Origin: a virus
IMG/VR virus record: IMGVR_UViG_3300027816_000069
Coordinates: 58,351 to 122,350 of that record
Direction: 5' to 3' (one strand)
Length of the DNA: 64,000 nucleotides
The notes under the pieces were generated by a model. It did not search any database and had not been told where the DNA came from. It saw nothing but the letters and a program-made list of their open reading frames with translations. A program made the translations under genes and the position numbers. Positions 53,931-64,000 of the stretch are shown piece after piece (positions within the stretch are counted from its first letter, which is position 1; the number at the start of each line of letters is the position of its first letter).

Positions 53931-54332
53931 ATGAAAGCATCATTATATGATTTTGCAATTGATCAGGGCAGTTCTTTTAGATTATCATTTATTTATAAAG
54001 ATGCCCAAGGTAATCCTATTGACTTAACTGGGTGGTGCGCACGACTAATTTGGAAAACAAACAAAGGAGATGTTCAAACATTTATTACCACAAATGTAGA
54101 TTATACAATATATAAATTTACTATTGATCCCTTGTTGGGTAAAGTAACTTTACTTTTGCCGCCATCAACAACTAATAACTTAGCGTTTAATACCGCTAAA
54201 TATGATTTAGAACTTCAAAGCGATGATGAGATTTATACAGGGGCTGGTAAAAATATAATTAGATTACTATATGGTAATATTACTCTTAATCCAAGATTTA
54301 GTAAAACTGATACCTTATTAAACTGTGATTAA
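53931..54332 (+). CDS. putative tail/baseplate beta-sandwich protein
   Basis: IDQG..F......D..G.PIDLTG, YDLEL and RLL.G. Confidence 0.7.
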   Translation: MKASLYDFAIDQGSSFRLSFIYKDAQGNPIDLTGWCARLIWKTNKGDVQTFITTNVDYTIYKFTIDPLLGKVTLLLPPSTTNNLAFNTAKYDLELQSDDEIYTGAGKNIIRLLYGNITLNPRFSKTDTLLNCD

Positions 54333-54335
54333 AAT

Positions 54336-57300
54336 ATGAGCATTGAAATACAGGAAACAGTTTACAATCTTGAAATAGAAACCACTATTGGTTTAATTGA
54401 TACAGATAATTCTTCTATAGCTCATGCCGCATTAATTGCTATAGAAAATATAGATAGTATTACTAATATTGATCTAGCAGATAAAACATATGAAACTATA
54501 ACAGATACTGTTTCTGTTGTAGAATTAAGCTCCTCTAGCGCTCAACAATTATCAATTAATAGTGATTTTTTATCACCAATTCCAGCTGATTATATTATTG
54601 GTCTTAACGAATATTTAAGTAATTTTATAGATAATTATGAAATAGATTGCGGTCTGCCATCTCACACAAGACTACAATTACGCAGGGACGTGTCTAATAA
54701 TTGGACTATTAATAATCCTATACTGTATAGTGGTGAAATTGGCTATGAAACAAATACTGGGCGTTTTAAGATTGGCGATGGAACTACCTCTTGGATAAAT
54801 TTAGACTATAATGCAATAATCCCAGCTGGTTTTTTGGCTGGGAGCGGATTGAATGTAAGTATAGCAAATGATGGGTCAACAGTTACATATAGTTTGAGTG
54901 ATCCCACAATTCAATTAAATGATATTACTGATTTAACGTCTCAAGCAAAATCATTTCTAGAGACCCCAAGTAGTTTTAATTTATCATCATTAGTAACTGA
55001 TGAAATTGGTAGTGGCTCTCTGGTATTTGCTAGTGGAGCAACGTTATATAATGTTACATTATCTGGTTCTATCAATATTGGATCAGAAAGCTTAAACGAA
55101 ATTATTGAAGATACTATTGGTAATAAAATTAAAGCAGGATCTAATATTGATATTAATTATAATGATACTAATGGTGAGACTACAGTCAGTACCACTGGAG
55201 TTAGCTTAATAGGACATCTACACACAGTATCAGATATTATTAATTTTAATAGTGGAGTTAATGATTTATTGCCAGTAAAAGATATTCTAGGTAGTGGCTA
55301 TGTTAATGTAAATGCTACTTCTGGCAACTACACTATTAGTGTTAGTGGATTACAGCCAAGTGGAAATTATAGCATTGTCGGCCATACCCATACTGCATCC
55401 AATATTACAGACTTTAATAGCAGCGTTAGCGGCTTAATACCACCATCAAATTTTACATCTTTGGTTGGTATTAGCGGAATTACAGTAAGTAATAGTGGTA
55501 CAAATTATATTGTAAGATTAACAGACCCTACTATTCAATTAAATGATATTACAGATTTATCTACTAACGCCATCTCTTTTTTATTAACGCCAAATAGTCT
55601 TAATTTATCCAACTTAATTACTGATGAAACTGGGAGTGGATTATTAGTATTTAACAATAGTCCAATATTTACTGGTAATCCAAGAGTACCAACTGCGACA
55701 GCCGGCACCAATACTGCACAAATTGCTAGCACAGCATTCGTGAGAACAGAAATCAGTAATCTAGTAGATTATGCTCCAGGCTTTTTAGACACATTAAATG
55801 AACTAGCTAATGCTTTAGGAGATGATCCAAATTTTGCTACAACAATTACTACCATGATTAGTAATAAAGTAAGCAAAGATGGAGACACAATGACAGGCAC
55901 ACTATATGCTCCAAGTGGAGTATTTAGTAGTGGCTTAACCCTAAATGGCAATACTGTTAGCGTTGTTGGTCATACTCATACATCCAGCAATATTATAGAT
56001 TTCAACAGTAGTGTTAGTGGACTATTACCTATCATAAGTAATAGTGGTAATAATAGATTATTAACTAGCACTGGTACTAGTACTGGTATTAATGCTGAGA
56101 ATAATTTAACATTTGATGGTACTACTCTTAGTATTAGTGGATCTCTAATTGTTGATGATCTTCAGCTAAATTCTAATATAATTAGTGCTAATAAAGTTAT
56201 TATAGATGGTGGTCCAGATGGGGTGGTGATATCAGGAACAGTAGTTCCGTCGCTAACATTTATTGGATCAACGCCTAGTATGGGGTCAGTTATATTCTTA
56301 GATGGTTATACTAATAATAATATATCTTTAAGTCGTTTTAATAATACTAGCGTTATAGATATTTCAACAGAGCATGGCGCACCATACTCTACTGGTATTA
56401 TCAATTTTTATGCTGATGAATTAACATTTAATGGTATACCTATTAGTATCAGTGGACATACTCACATAGCATCTCAAATTATTGATTTCAATAGTAGTGT
56501 GAGTGGCTTAATTCCTGTGAAGAATATACTAGCTGGTAGTGGAATAGTAGTATCATCAATTAGTGGCATTTATACTATTGATGCTAATATTAGTGGAGTT
56601 ATTTTAGAAACTATTCAGGATAATTTAGGCAATGAATTTTTAGTTGAGGGAACAGGAGTTCAACTAACTTATAATGATAGTGCTAATACTCTTACTTTAA
56701 ATAATCTTCATACTGAAATTAATGAACTTAGTCTTGAGCCTCAAGGTTTTGTTAATCGTCTTGATAGTATTATAAGTTTCAATGATAGTACCAGAACTTT
56801 TACTATTGCTCCTAGTGGTTCTAGTTATGAAATTTATATTGAGGGCGTAAAAGTTACTAAAACAACCAGTGAAAGCATTGTTATTGGTAGCGGCACAGCG
56901 CTAAACTATATTCATTTTAATACTGATACTGGATTATTAGATACTAAAACCACAGGATTTAATTTTGATACTGATGTACCCATTGCTTTTATTCATTGGA
57001 ATAGTGATATTAATCAAAGCACATTTTTTGGAGAAGAGAGACACGGCATCAGAATGGACAGCATGACCCACAAGTGGATTCATAACACTTTTGGTATGCA
57101 ATATATTAATGGATTAAGTATTGGTGGATATACTCTATCAGGAAACGGAAGTTTGGACAGCCATGCTCAAATTGATATTAGTGATGGTACTCTTTATCAA
57201 GAAGATATTATTATTAATATTGCTGATGGAAACAATGGGGTTGAATTTACTCAACAGTTGAGTCCAATAGCTTATATTCCAGTTTATTATCATAGTGGCT

Positions 57301-58583
57301 CTACTGGACAATGGGTAAGAGATGTTTCAACTCCGTATCCATTAAAATATAATGCTACACGAGCGCTTTATAATTTATATTCTGGTGGAACATGGACTAC
57401 ACCTAATGTGCCTAATAATCGTTATTTTGCTATGTGGATTGTGGCCACTAATGATATTAATGATCCAGTATTAGCCATTATGGGACAACGAGAAGATAGT
57501 AGTTTAGGCGGTGCTGAAAATAATAATAATTGGGGTGAGATTAATTTAACAAATATTCCTACCAATGAATTAAGACCATTATATCGATTAATTTTTGTTA
57601 CTAATGATGCTTTTGCTAATACCTCTAAAAGCAGTTTACAAAGCATACTAGATTTGCGCAAAAGTATTATCACAAGCACATATGGCGTTACCCAAAATGA
57701 TCATGGTAGTTTATTCGGTTTGGGCGACGACGATCATTCACAATACGTTCATATTAATGAAGCTCGCACTATTAGTGCTAATCATACTTTTACTAATGGA
57801 TTAACTATTAATAATGGATTATTAAGTGCTACTAGTGGTAATTTTACTGCGATACAAGTAAATGGAACAGGAGTGAGCGTTAGTGGTCACTCTCATACAG
57901 CTTCTAATATTACGGATTTTAGTAGTTCTGTTAGCGGTTTGCTACCATTAACAAATATAGTTGGTGGAACTAATATTAGTGTAATTCCTAGTGGAACAGT
58001 ATACACTATTAGTGTGAGCGGTAGCTTAGGATTAACCACAGAAGAAGTAGACGATAGAGTAGCATCACTATTAGTAGCAGGAAGTGGAATTAATTTAAAT
58101 TATGATGATAGTGGTAATATTCTTACTATTTCTAGCAGCGGCTCAACAATATTAAATCCTAGCGACAATAGAATATTAACTAGCAACGGCACTACTAATG
58201 GCATCAATGGTGAAAGTAATCTTACATTTGACGGATCGGTCCTTAATGTAGATGGTAATATAGTATTTGACAGTTTCACAGAGAGTGTGGTATCAATAGG
58301 ATCAAGTGGACCAACAAAAACATTATCTATTGAGGGTGGAACCGTTCAAACTTGTACGCTCACATCTAATTGTGTTTTTACTATGCCAAGTGCTGTGGCT
58401 GGTAAAAGTTTCAGTATGTTTTTAAATACTGGTAGCGGAAATTATACCGCTAGTTTTAGCGGAGTATTATGGAGTGATAGCGCGCCGCCAACAGTTACTA
58501 CAACATCAAACAAGGTGGATATATTGAGTTTTATTAGTGATGGAACTTATTGGTATGGAAGTTATTCTCAAAATTATGGATAA
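54336..58583 (+). CDS. long tail-fibre protein
   Basis: QLRRD...W...NP.L..GE.GYE..T...KIGDG module; LDTLNELA.ALGDDPNFATT motif; five HxH repeats. Confidence 0.85.
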   Translation: MSIEIQETVYNLEIETTIGLIDTDNSSIAHAALIAIENIDSITNIDLADKTYETITDTVSVVELSSSSAQQLSINSDFLSPIPADYIIGLNEYLSNFIDNYEIDCGLPSHTRLQLRRDVSNNWTINNPILYSGEIGYETNTGRFKIGDGTTSWINLDYNAIIPAGFLAGSGLNVSIANDGSTVTYSLSDPTIQLNDITDLTSQAKSFLETPSSFNLSSLVTDEIGSGSLVFASGATLYNVTLSGSINIGSESLNEIIEDTIGNKIKAGSNIDINYNDTNGETTVSTTGVSLIGHLHTVSDIINFNSGVNDLLPVKDILGSGYVNVNATSGNYTISVSGLQPSGNYSIVGHTHTASNITDFNSSVSGLIPPSNFTSLVGISGITVSNSGTNYIVRLTDPTIQLNDITDLSTNAISFLLTPNSLNLSNLITDETGSGLLVFNNSPIFTGNPRVPTATAGTNTAQIASTAFVRTEISNLVDYAPGFLDTLNELANALGDDPNFATTITTMISNKVSKDGDTMTGTLYAPSGVFSSGLTLNGNTVSVVGHTHTSSNIIDFNSSVSGLLPIISNSGNNRLLTSTGTSTGINAENNLTFDGTTLSISGSLIVDDLQLNSNIISANKVIIDGGPDGVVISGTVVPSLTFIGSTPSMGSVIFLDGYTNNNISLSRFNNTSVIDISTEHGAPYSTGIINFYADELTFNGIPISISGHTHIASQIIDFNSSVSGLIPVKNILAGSGIVVSSISGIYTIDANISGVILETIQDNLGNEFLVEGTGVQLTYNDSANTLTLNNLHTEINELSLEPQGFVNRLDSIISFNDSTRTFTIAPSGSSYEIYIEGVKVTKTTSESIVIGSGTALNYIHFNTDTGLLDTKTTGFNFDTDVPIAFIHWNSDINQSTFFGEERHGIRMDSMTHKWIHNTFGMQYINGLSIGGYTLSGNGSLDSHAQIDISDGTLYQEDIIINIADGNNGVEFTQQLSPIAYIPVYYHSGSTGQWVRDVSTPYPLKYNATRALYNLYSGGTWTTPNVPNNRYFAMWIVATNDINDPVLAIMGQREDSSLGGAENNNNWGEINLTNIPTNELRPLYRLIFVTNDAFANTSKSSLQSILDLRKSIITSTYGVTQNDHGSLFGLGDDDHSQYVHINEARTISANHTFTNGLTINNGLLSATSGNFTAIQVNGTGVSVSGHSHTASNITDFSSSVSGLLPLTNIVGGTNISVIPSGTVYTISVSGSLGLTTEEVDDRVASLLVAGSGINLNYDDSGNILTISSSGSTILNPSDNRILTSNGTTNGINGESNLTFDGSVLNVDGNIVFDSFTESVVSIGSSGPTKTLSIEGGTVQTCTLTSNCVFTMPSAVAGKSFSMFLNTGSGNYTASFSGVLWSDSAPPTVTTTSNKVDILSFISDGTYWYGSYSQNYG
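55212..57945 (+). repeat. dispersed GHxHxxSxIxDFxSSVSGL repeats
   Basis: Copies start near 55212, 55380, 55968, 56454 and 57885. Confidence 0.8.
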
Positions 58584-58588
58584 TAGTT

Positions 58589-59608
58589 ATGTTTAGTGCT
58601 AAAATAAATTTATACAAACCATTTAGTCGATTAGTTAAGAAAAATCAACTATTAACACTAGATGTAGTATATCAAGGTAAGCCGTTCGTTAATGTTGTTA
58701 GCAGCAATCAGAATAATTATAATTTAGATACGGCATATAGAGGCCAACCATTTGTAGGCACACCAAATCACTATATTAAGCGTTCGCTTATTGGAACTAA
58801 TCATCCTGATGTTGAAAATTGGCTCAATACTATCTCCCTAAATAATGGAAGTGCTAGTAGTACCACAATATCAGCACTCAATACTTTTTGTAATAGTATA
58901 GATGTCGCTGGATTACGACAAAAATTTTATCGACTTAATTTATTTTGTGGAAATAATTTGAATGCCTGTTTGGTACCATTATATGTGAATTTATGGTGGA
59001 ATCAACCAGTACTAGGATCTTCTATAGATCAAAATTTCAATTTTACTACTAGCGATTATAATGAAACCGGAATGAATGGAGGTTTACTAGGTAATGGAAG
59101 TAATAAGTATTTAGATACTAGATTGTATTCAAATTTATTGCCTGATCTTAGTAGTGGAGGACATTTGTCGGTATATGCTGCTGGAAGTTTTTCCTCTCAG
59201 ATAGCCATAGGAATTTATAATTATACAACCCCGCCCTTTACAATTACTCATGAATCAGAACTACAAATTGGATCTACTACAACAAATGCATATATTAATT
59301 TTGGTGGTGGAGCAGAATCTCCTTCATATACATCTCCGGTATTTATAGTTGGAAATCGTAGTTCTAATACTAGTATCATTTGTTATGCTAATGGAGTAGG
59401 CGGAACCAGTTTTACTGGTTTGGCAAATAGCAGCAATCCAGCATTATCTTTTTTTGTTTTTGCTAGAAATCTCATAGGTGTACCAACAGCACACTTTGGT
59501 CAAAGATTAAGATCTTATTCTATTGGAGCTGGATTTACACCACAAGAAATTACCAACTACAATAGTATTATGCAAACTTTCCAAACATCATTAAACAGGA
59601 ACGTATAA
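58589..59608 (+). CDS. putative virion protein with lectin-like beta domain
   Basis: Duplicated LD..Y.G.PFV N-terminus; G..GNG..KYLDT; FQ..L.R.V ending. Confidence 0.65.
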   Translation: MFSAKINLYKPFSRLVKKNQLLTLDVVYQGKPFVNVVSSNQNNYNLDTAYRGQPFVGTPNHYIKRSLIGTNHPDVENWLNTISLNNGSASSTTISALNTFCNSIDVAGLRQKFYRLNLFCGNNLNACLVPLYVNLWWNQPVLGSSIDQNFNFTTSDYNETGMNGGLLGNGSNKYLDTRLYSNLLPDLSSGGHLSVYAAGSFSSQIAIGIYNYTTPPFTITHESELQIGSTTTNAYINFGGGAESPSYTSPVFIVGNRSSNTSIICYANGVGGTSFTGLANSSNPALSFFVFARNLIGVPTAHFGQRLRSYSIGAGFTPQEITNYNSIMQTFQTSLNRNV

Positions 59609-59609
59609 T

Positions 59610-62600
59610 ATGGCCACATTATTTGTAGATTTTGAAAATGGAAATGATAATTATGCTGGAACCAGCTTTAATCCACTAGCGTCTGGAACAGACGGCCGAA
59701 TCACCATATCCACAGCCCAAACTTTTAGTTCAGCTACCGCTAATTTTCCTAATGATGGCTCAATAACTCAGACTAAAAATTTATTTGGCTCGGCAGAAAG
59801 TATTGATAATGGTAATGCTTTTAGTGCGCTAGATATTAGTAGAACACGGGTCATCAACGAAACATCTCCAATATCTGGATCTAACGTATATACAATAGTT
59901 GAACTAGCTAATAATGCTACTCATAGATTAGCTCCACAAACAATAAGCTATTCATTAAATACTTCTCTACCATATACAGTATCACTTTATGCTAAAAGTT
60001 TTGGTCGATATATAGTAACTATGCGTTTTGGTAGTTTAACTAGCAAGGGTGCCAGATTTAATTTAAATAATGGTACTGTAGAAGCTGTCGGATTTAATGC
60101 TACAGCATCAATATCTAGTGCTGGTAATGGGTGGTACAGAATATCGTTAACAGCAACGCCAGCGGCCAGTAATGATTCGATTGAGTTAGGTTTAACCGAC
60201 AATAATTATAGTGATACTGGTATGGAAACTTATGTTGGTAATGGCGTAGATGGCATTTATATATCCGCCCCTCAATTAGAACAAAACTCATCAGCTACAA
60301 CTTATGAAAAACCAACCGAACAATATTTAAGTATTTGGAATGGAAGTTTATATGCTGTATTTAAACTAGTATATTTATTAAATTCAACAACATTTATAAT
60401 TACTGCTTTGTCTAGTGGTACAGCGGCGACAAGTCAAGCTGTTGATCGTCAATATTATATTGGAGGACGATGGAAAAATATTAATCTTAGTAACAGTGCT
60501 GTTGGGGCTAATGCCGCAAGATTAGTTCCTGGTGATACTATAAGAATTATGGGTAGTCCAGCCCCAACTTTAGTTGGTAGTGGATTATGGACTAGTGACA
60601 GAGGCGGAATTTCTAGTAATGTTAGTAGTACGACTAATACTTCTCCAATTACTGTTAATACATCTAGTTCAATGGCAACGCTTGGTGTAAGTACCGGCGA
60701 TACTATTACTATTGCTGGTCACACAACCAATACTAATGCGAACGGAACATGGGTTGTTACAGTCGCAGATCCAGCCCTTGGTCGTTGTACGCTTAATGGA
60801 TCCACAGGAAACGGAGTTGGTGGAGCGTCGGGGTTTTTCAAAAAAAGAACAAATTGTGTTGTAACATTAGATAGCGCAGTAACGGCTAATATTGCTAGTT
60901 ATGGAAATCGAGGAGAAGGTCGCACAGGATGGACAGGAGTAACAAATGTGACAGTTACGCTAGATGCTACTGATACTAAAGAGGGAGATGTCAGCGATAG
61001 CGTAGCTATAGGCGCAGCATTTACAACGGGCAAAGCAGCATATAAAAGTACAGGCGCATTAAATCTGAGTGGTTATCAACAACTTAGTTTTCATATTAAA
61101 CAAACGGCTGGAACAGTTGCTGTTGTTGGGGATATTAGTATCAGATTATGTTCTGATACTTTAGGAGATACTCCGGTTCATACATTCAATATACCGGCGC
61201 TAGGAGTATTAAATCAATGGGCTTGTTTTACTATAGATCTTGGCTCTAATATGAATAGCAGCATTCAAAGTGTTGCCTTATACGTCGATACTGATAGAGG
61301 CGCTCAAACATTCTTATTAAGTAATATTATTGCTTGTAAAGCATCATCATCACCGGATAGTTTAAATTTATGCTCGCTGATTAGTAAAAATACAACTAAT
61401 GAGCCTTGGTTTCCTATTATGAGTATTAATGGAACAAGAGTAGTACTAGGTGCCTATCCAAATATTACCCCACTAGCTAATCCTAGCAATAATGATACTT
61501 ATAGAGGATATTATGGATTTTCTGGAACTGGTAATTCTACTGTTTATAAGAGAGAAACTATTAAAACACCAATTGGTACTTCTGTAAATATCCCACAAGC
61601 ACTTAGACCACCAGAAGCTGGGTCAGTTAATTTGCCATATAATTTTGAGGGCGGCTGGGATCGAACAAATATGAGTGTTCAAAATTTAGAAACTTATATT
61701 GATGGTATTAATGGTTATGGGCTAGGATGTATATCTCAAAATATGGTTTATGTTAATATTAACAAAATTGGTGTTGTAAGATATTATACAGGCGGTAGTT
61801 TTAATGCTAATCATCTTTCTACTCTAAGTTTAGAATATGCTATAGGATGTACCAACATTGGTTGGGACTTCAGCATTGCTCAACAAAATATTATTAATAA
61901 AATAGCGGCTGTGGGTAATAATTATGGTATTAACATGGCTAATGCCGGAACGAATGTATTGTCTAATATAATACTTGTATCTAACATACAGGCTGGTATG
62001 TATACAAACAATACTACTGCTAATAATAAATATAACAATTTTACTGTACTGAATACTAGTAGGAATGGATTAGATATTAGAGATACCACTGATTCTATAT
62101 TTAATAGTGGTGTTATTGAGGCATCTAGCACATATGGAATTAATGCATTATCATCTAACAATAATATATTTAATAATTTATCAACAAATAATAATACTAT
62201 TTATGGTGCATTTTTAGGTGGTGGTCAATTATTATTAAATAATTCTACTATAAATGAAACTGTTGAATTTTTTGTGGGTAATACTAGTCTTAATGGTAGA
62301 ATACTTAGTTCTAATCATGATAATACAGCAAATAATTATATTATTACAACAGACTACGGCTTAATAAGGCCACAAACTAGCATACGGTATACTAATAGTG
62401 GTTGGGCATGGGCATTAAGTCCGACTAATGCTACATATAGAAACTCTTTTTTCCCACTGGATTTATCTGTGACTAAAATAGCAGTATCTGCTAATAGTCT
62501 TGTTACAGTAAAGGCTTGGATGAGACGAAGTAATGTCTTATTAACTACGGGATTAAGAATTAAAGGTGGTCAAATAGATGGTGTACCAAATGATATTACT

Positions 62601-62750
62601 AGTTATATGACTGCTGCTGCTGATACATGGCAGCAAGTAACTTTAACTTTTACTCCATCAGAAGTTGGCGTGGTGGAAATACTAGCAGAATGTTATGGTG
62701 GAACCACCCATACGGCATATGTTGATGATATTAGTGTAACTCAAGTTTAA
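59610..62750 (+). CDS. large tail-associated protein with beta-helix
   Basis: FVD..NG.D, GNGWYR carbohydrate-binding-like module, N-rich beta-helix repeats, C-terminal YVDD. Confidence 0.75.
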   Translation: MATLFVDFENGNDNYAGTSFNPLASGTDGRITISTAQTFSSATANFPNDGSITQTKNLFGSAESIDNGNAFSALDISRTRVINETSPISGSNVYTIVELANNATHRLAPQTISYSLNTSLPYTVSLYAKSFGRYIVTMRFGSLTSKGARFNLNNGTVEAVGFNATASISSAGNGWYRISLTATPAASNDSIELGLTDNNYSDTGMETYVGNGVDGIYISAPQLEQNSSATTYEKPTEQYLSIWNGSLYAVFKLVYLLNSTTFIITALSSGTAATSQAVDRQYYIGGRWKNINLSNSAVGANAARLVPGDTIRIMGSPAPTLVGSGLWTSDRGGISSNVSSTTNTSPITVNTSSSMATLGVSTGDTITIAGHTTNTNANGTWVVTVADPALGRCTLNGSTGNGVGGASGFFKKRTNCVVTLDSAVTANIASYGNRGEGRTGWTGVTNVTVTLDATDTKEGDVSDSVAIGAAFTTGKAAYKSTGALNLSGYQQLSFHIKQTAGTVAVVGDISIRLCSDTLGDTPVHTFNIPALGVLNQWACFTIDLGSNMNSSIQSVALYVDTDRGAQTFLLSNIIACKASSSPDSLNLCSLISKNTTNEPWFPIMSINGTRVVLGAYPNITPLANPSNNDTYRGYYGFSGTGNSTVYKRETIKTPIGTSVNIPQALRPPEAGSVNLPYNFEGGWDRTNMSVQNLETYIDGINGYGLGCISQNMVYVNINKIGVVRYYTGGSFNANHLSTLSLEYAIGCTNIGWDFSIAQQNIINKIAAVGNNYGINMANAGTNVLSNIILVSNIQAGMYTNNTTANNKYNNFTVLNTSRNGLDIRDTTDSIFNSGVIEASSTYGINALSSNNNIFNNLSTNNNTIYGAFLGGGQLLLNNSTINETVEFFVGNTSLNGRILSSNHDNTANNYIITTDYGLIRPQTSIRYTNSGWAWALSPTNATYRNSFFPLDLSVTKIAVSANSLVTVKAWMRRSNVLLTTGLRIKGGQIDGVPNDITSYMTAAADTWQQVTLTFTPSEVGVVEILAECYGGTTHTAYVDDISVTQV

Positions 62751-62761
62751 AGAGGATTATT

Positions 62762-62938
62762 ATGAATTATATTATTAGTGAGGTATATTTAGATCCTGCA
62801 AACAAATATAGGGTGCGAGTAATTATAGACGAAAATAGTGCAGAATTTTTCAAATTTGACCATTACCCTACCAAAGAACAAGTTAATGAGGCGGTTCAAA
62901 ACTATCTAGATAATAAATCTTTACCAGACAACGAATAA
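62762..62938 (+). CDS. small hypothetical protein (not in ORF track)
   Basis: 58 aa, AGAGGA RBS. Confidence 0.6.
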   Translation: MNYIISEVYLDPANKYRVRVIIDENSAEFFKFDHYPTKEQVNEAVQNYLDNKSLPDNE

Positions 62939-62942
62939 TATG

Positions 62943-62958
62943 TTTTGGTGTAATACTA
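62943..62958 (+). promoter_or_regulatory. GGTGTA-class putative late promoter
   Basis: TTTTGGTGTAATACTA, intergenic. Confidence 0.5.
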
Positions 62959-62987
62959 GTTATATCCACTAACAAGAAGGAATTATT

Positions 62988-63206
62988 ATGGCTAATGATA
63001 TTAGTAAAGCTATTGTGGCCAATCCTATTAAAAATGGCACCAGCATTGTGGGGTGCAAAGTAACAGGATTTGATAGTCACGATCTATTAAATACTTATGT
63101 TAGTAATAGTCCAACTATTACTGATATACAAGATAAGTATGATAACAGATTCTCTAATGGATTATTAGTACAACTAGTTGGAACCTCTGGCGTTATAGGA
63201 GTTTAA
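62988..63206 (+). CDS. hypothetical protein
   Basis: AAGGA RBS. Confidence 0.65.
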   Translation: MANDISKAIVANPIKNGTSIVGCKVTGFDSHDLLNTYVSNSPTITDIQDKYDNRFSNGLLVQLVGTSGVIGV

Positions 63207-63208
63207 AT

Positions 63209-64000
63209 ATGAGCGGAATAGTTAGACTAAATCAACTTCCAGAAGGTAGTGGTAATTTAACTAGTGACGATATTTTTGTATTTATGGATGATCCATCTGG
63301 TAGTGCTGTTACTAAAAAAATTAGTTTGAGTGAAATTGTTGATGTTATTCCTAAATCACAACCATTTGACCCTACTATCTTAATTAATGATGATAATAGT
63401 GTTAGTGCTTATATGTTAACTTCAATCTGGGATAATCAATTTGAGAATTTTACCGCAATAGGATTACGTATAGGAGATAGCGTAACAAGTATAGGAAATG
63501 ATGCGTTCTACTTTTGTTCTGGCTTTACTGGAAATTTAACAATACCCGATAGCGTAACAACTATAGGAAGTAATGCGTTCAATAATTGTTCTGGCTTTAC
63601 TGGAAATTTAACAATACCAGATAGCGTAACAACTATAGGAGATTATGCGTTCAATAGTTGTGCTGGCTTTAACGGCAGTTTAACAATAGGAAATAGCGTA
63701 ACAACTATAGGAAATTATGCTTTTGGGTATTGTTATGGCTTTAACGGCAGTTTAACAATAGGAAATAGCGTAACAAGTATAGGAAATTATGCGTTCTACT
63801 TTTGTTCTGGCTTTACTGGAAATTTAACAATACCCGATAGCGTAACAACTATAGGAAGTAATGCGTTCAATAATTGTTCTGGCTTTACTGGAAATTTAAC
63901 AATACCCGATAGCGTAACAACTATAGGAAGTAATGCGTTCAATAATTGTTCTGGCTTTACTGGAAATTTAACAATACCAGATAGCGTAACAACTATAGGA
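63209..64000 (+). CDS. BspA-type leucine-rich-repeat protein (runs off the window)
   Basis: Phage-type N-terminus RLNQLP...DD....D....TKKI; repeats IPDSVTTIG.NAF..CSGFTGNLT. Confidence 0.9.
   Translation, partial: MSGIVRLNQLPEGSGNLTSDDIFVFMDDPSGSAVTKKISLSEIVDVIPKSQPFDPTILINDDNSVSAYMLTSIWDNQFENFTAIGLRIGDSVTSIGNDAFYFCSGFTGNLTIPDSVTTIGSNAFNNCSGFTGNLTIPDSVTTIGDYAFNSCAGFNGSLTIGNSVTTIGNYAFGYCYGFNGSLTIGNSVTSIGNYAFYFCSGFTGNLTIPDSVTTIGSNAFNNCSGFTGNLTIPDSVTTIGSNAFNNCSGFTGNLTIPDSVTTIG
63476..64000 (+). repeat. 72-bp tandem repeat array
   Basis: Units start at 63476, 63548, 63620, 63692, 63764, 63836, 63908 and 63980; several are nearly identical. Confidence 0.92.

Noticed and set aside
103-63080. Many minus-strand and nested ORFs in the track (e.g. 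1133..1501, 23337..23798, 24033..24650, 33279..33653, 37541..37951)
   Set aside because: They are shadows of well-supported + strand genes, with no RBS or recognisable motifs.
63476-64000. CRISPR array or DGR interpretation of the 72-bp repeats
   Set aside because: The repeats are in-frame coding units with no unique spacers, and no reverse transcriptase or template repeat is in the window.
1-64000. Stop-codon reassignment
   Set aside because: Conserved genes are full length in code 11, and TAA, TAG and TGA all end genes at tight junctions.

Overview
The window is 64 kb of a large, AT-rich, gene-dense tailed-phage genome read in code 11. All credible genes are on + except one HNH endonuclease. 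About 1-35 kb is an early/middle region of small ORFs plus RNA repair (RtcB, a DRB0094-type RNA ligase, HAD and metallophosphoesterase), DNA repair and nucleotide genes (AlkB, ThyX, UvsE, Ogg-like glycosylase, DNA ligase), a complete tmRNA, DUF1501, rIIA/rIIB and RuvB. About 36-53 kb holds proteases, an actin-like ATPase, a heptose/glycan cluster, GuaC, a sigma factor and ClpP. About 53-64 kb holds virion and tail-fibre genes and ends in a BspA-type LRR with 72-bp tandem repeats. DUF1501 suggests a Planctomycetota (PVC) host, which is an inference. The most notable observations are: a Zn-ribbon/RuvA-domain-III protein paired with RuvB; two promoter classes (sigma70-like with a GCCGATA box, and a GGTGTA motif before late genes); a fossil thyX N-terminus displaced by a different thyX plus HNH; an anticodon-less tRNA-like element; and a hidden frameshift in the trypsin-like protease. 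All calls come from reading motifs by eye; no database searches were run.
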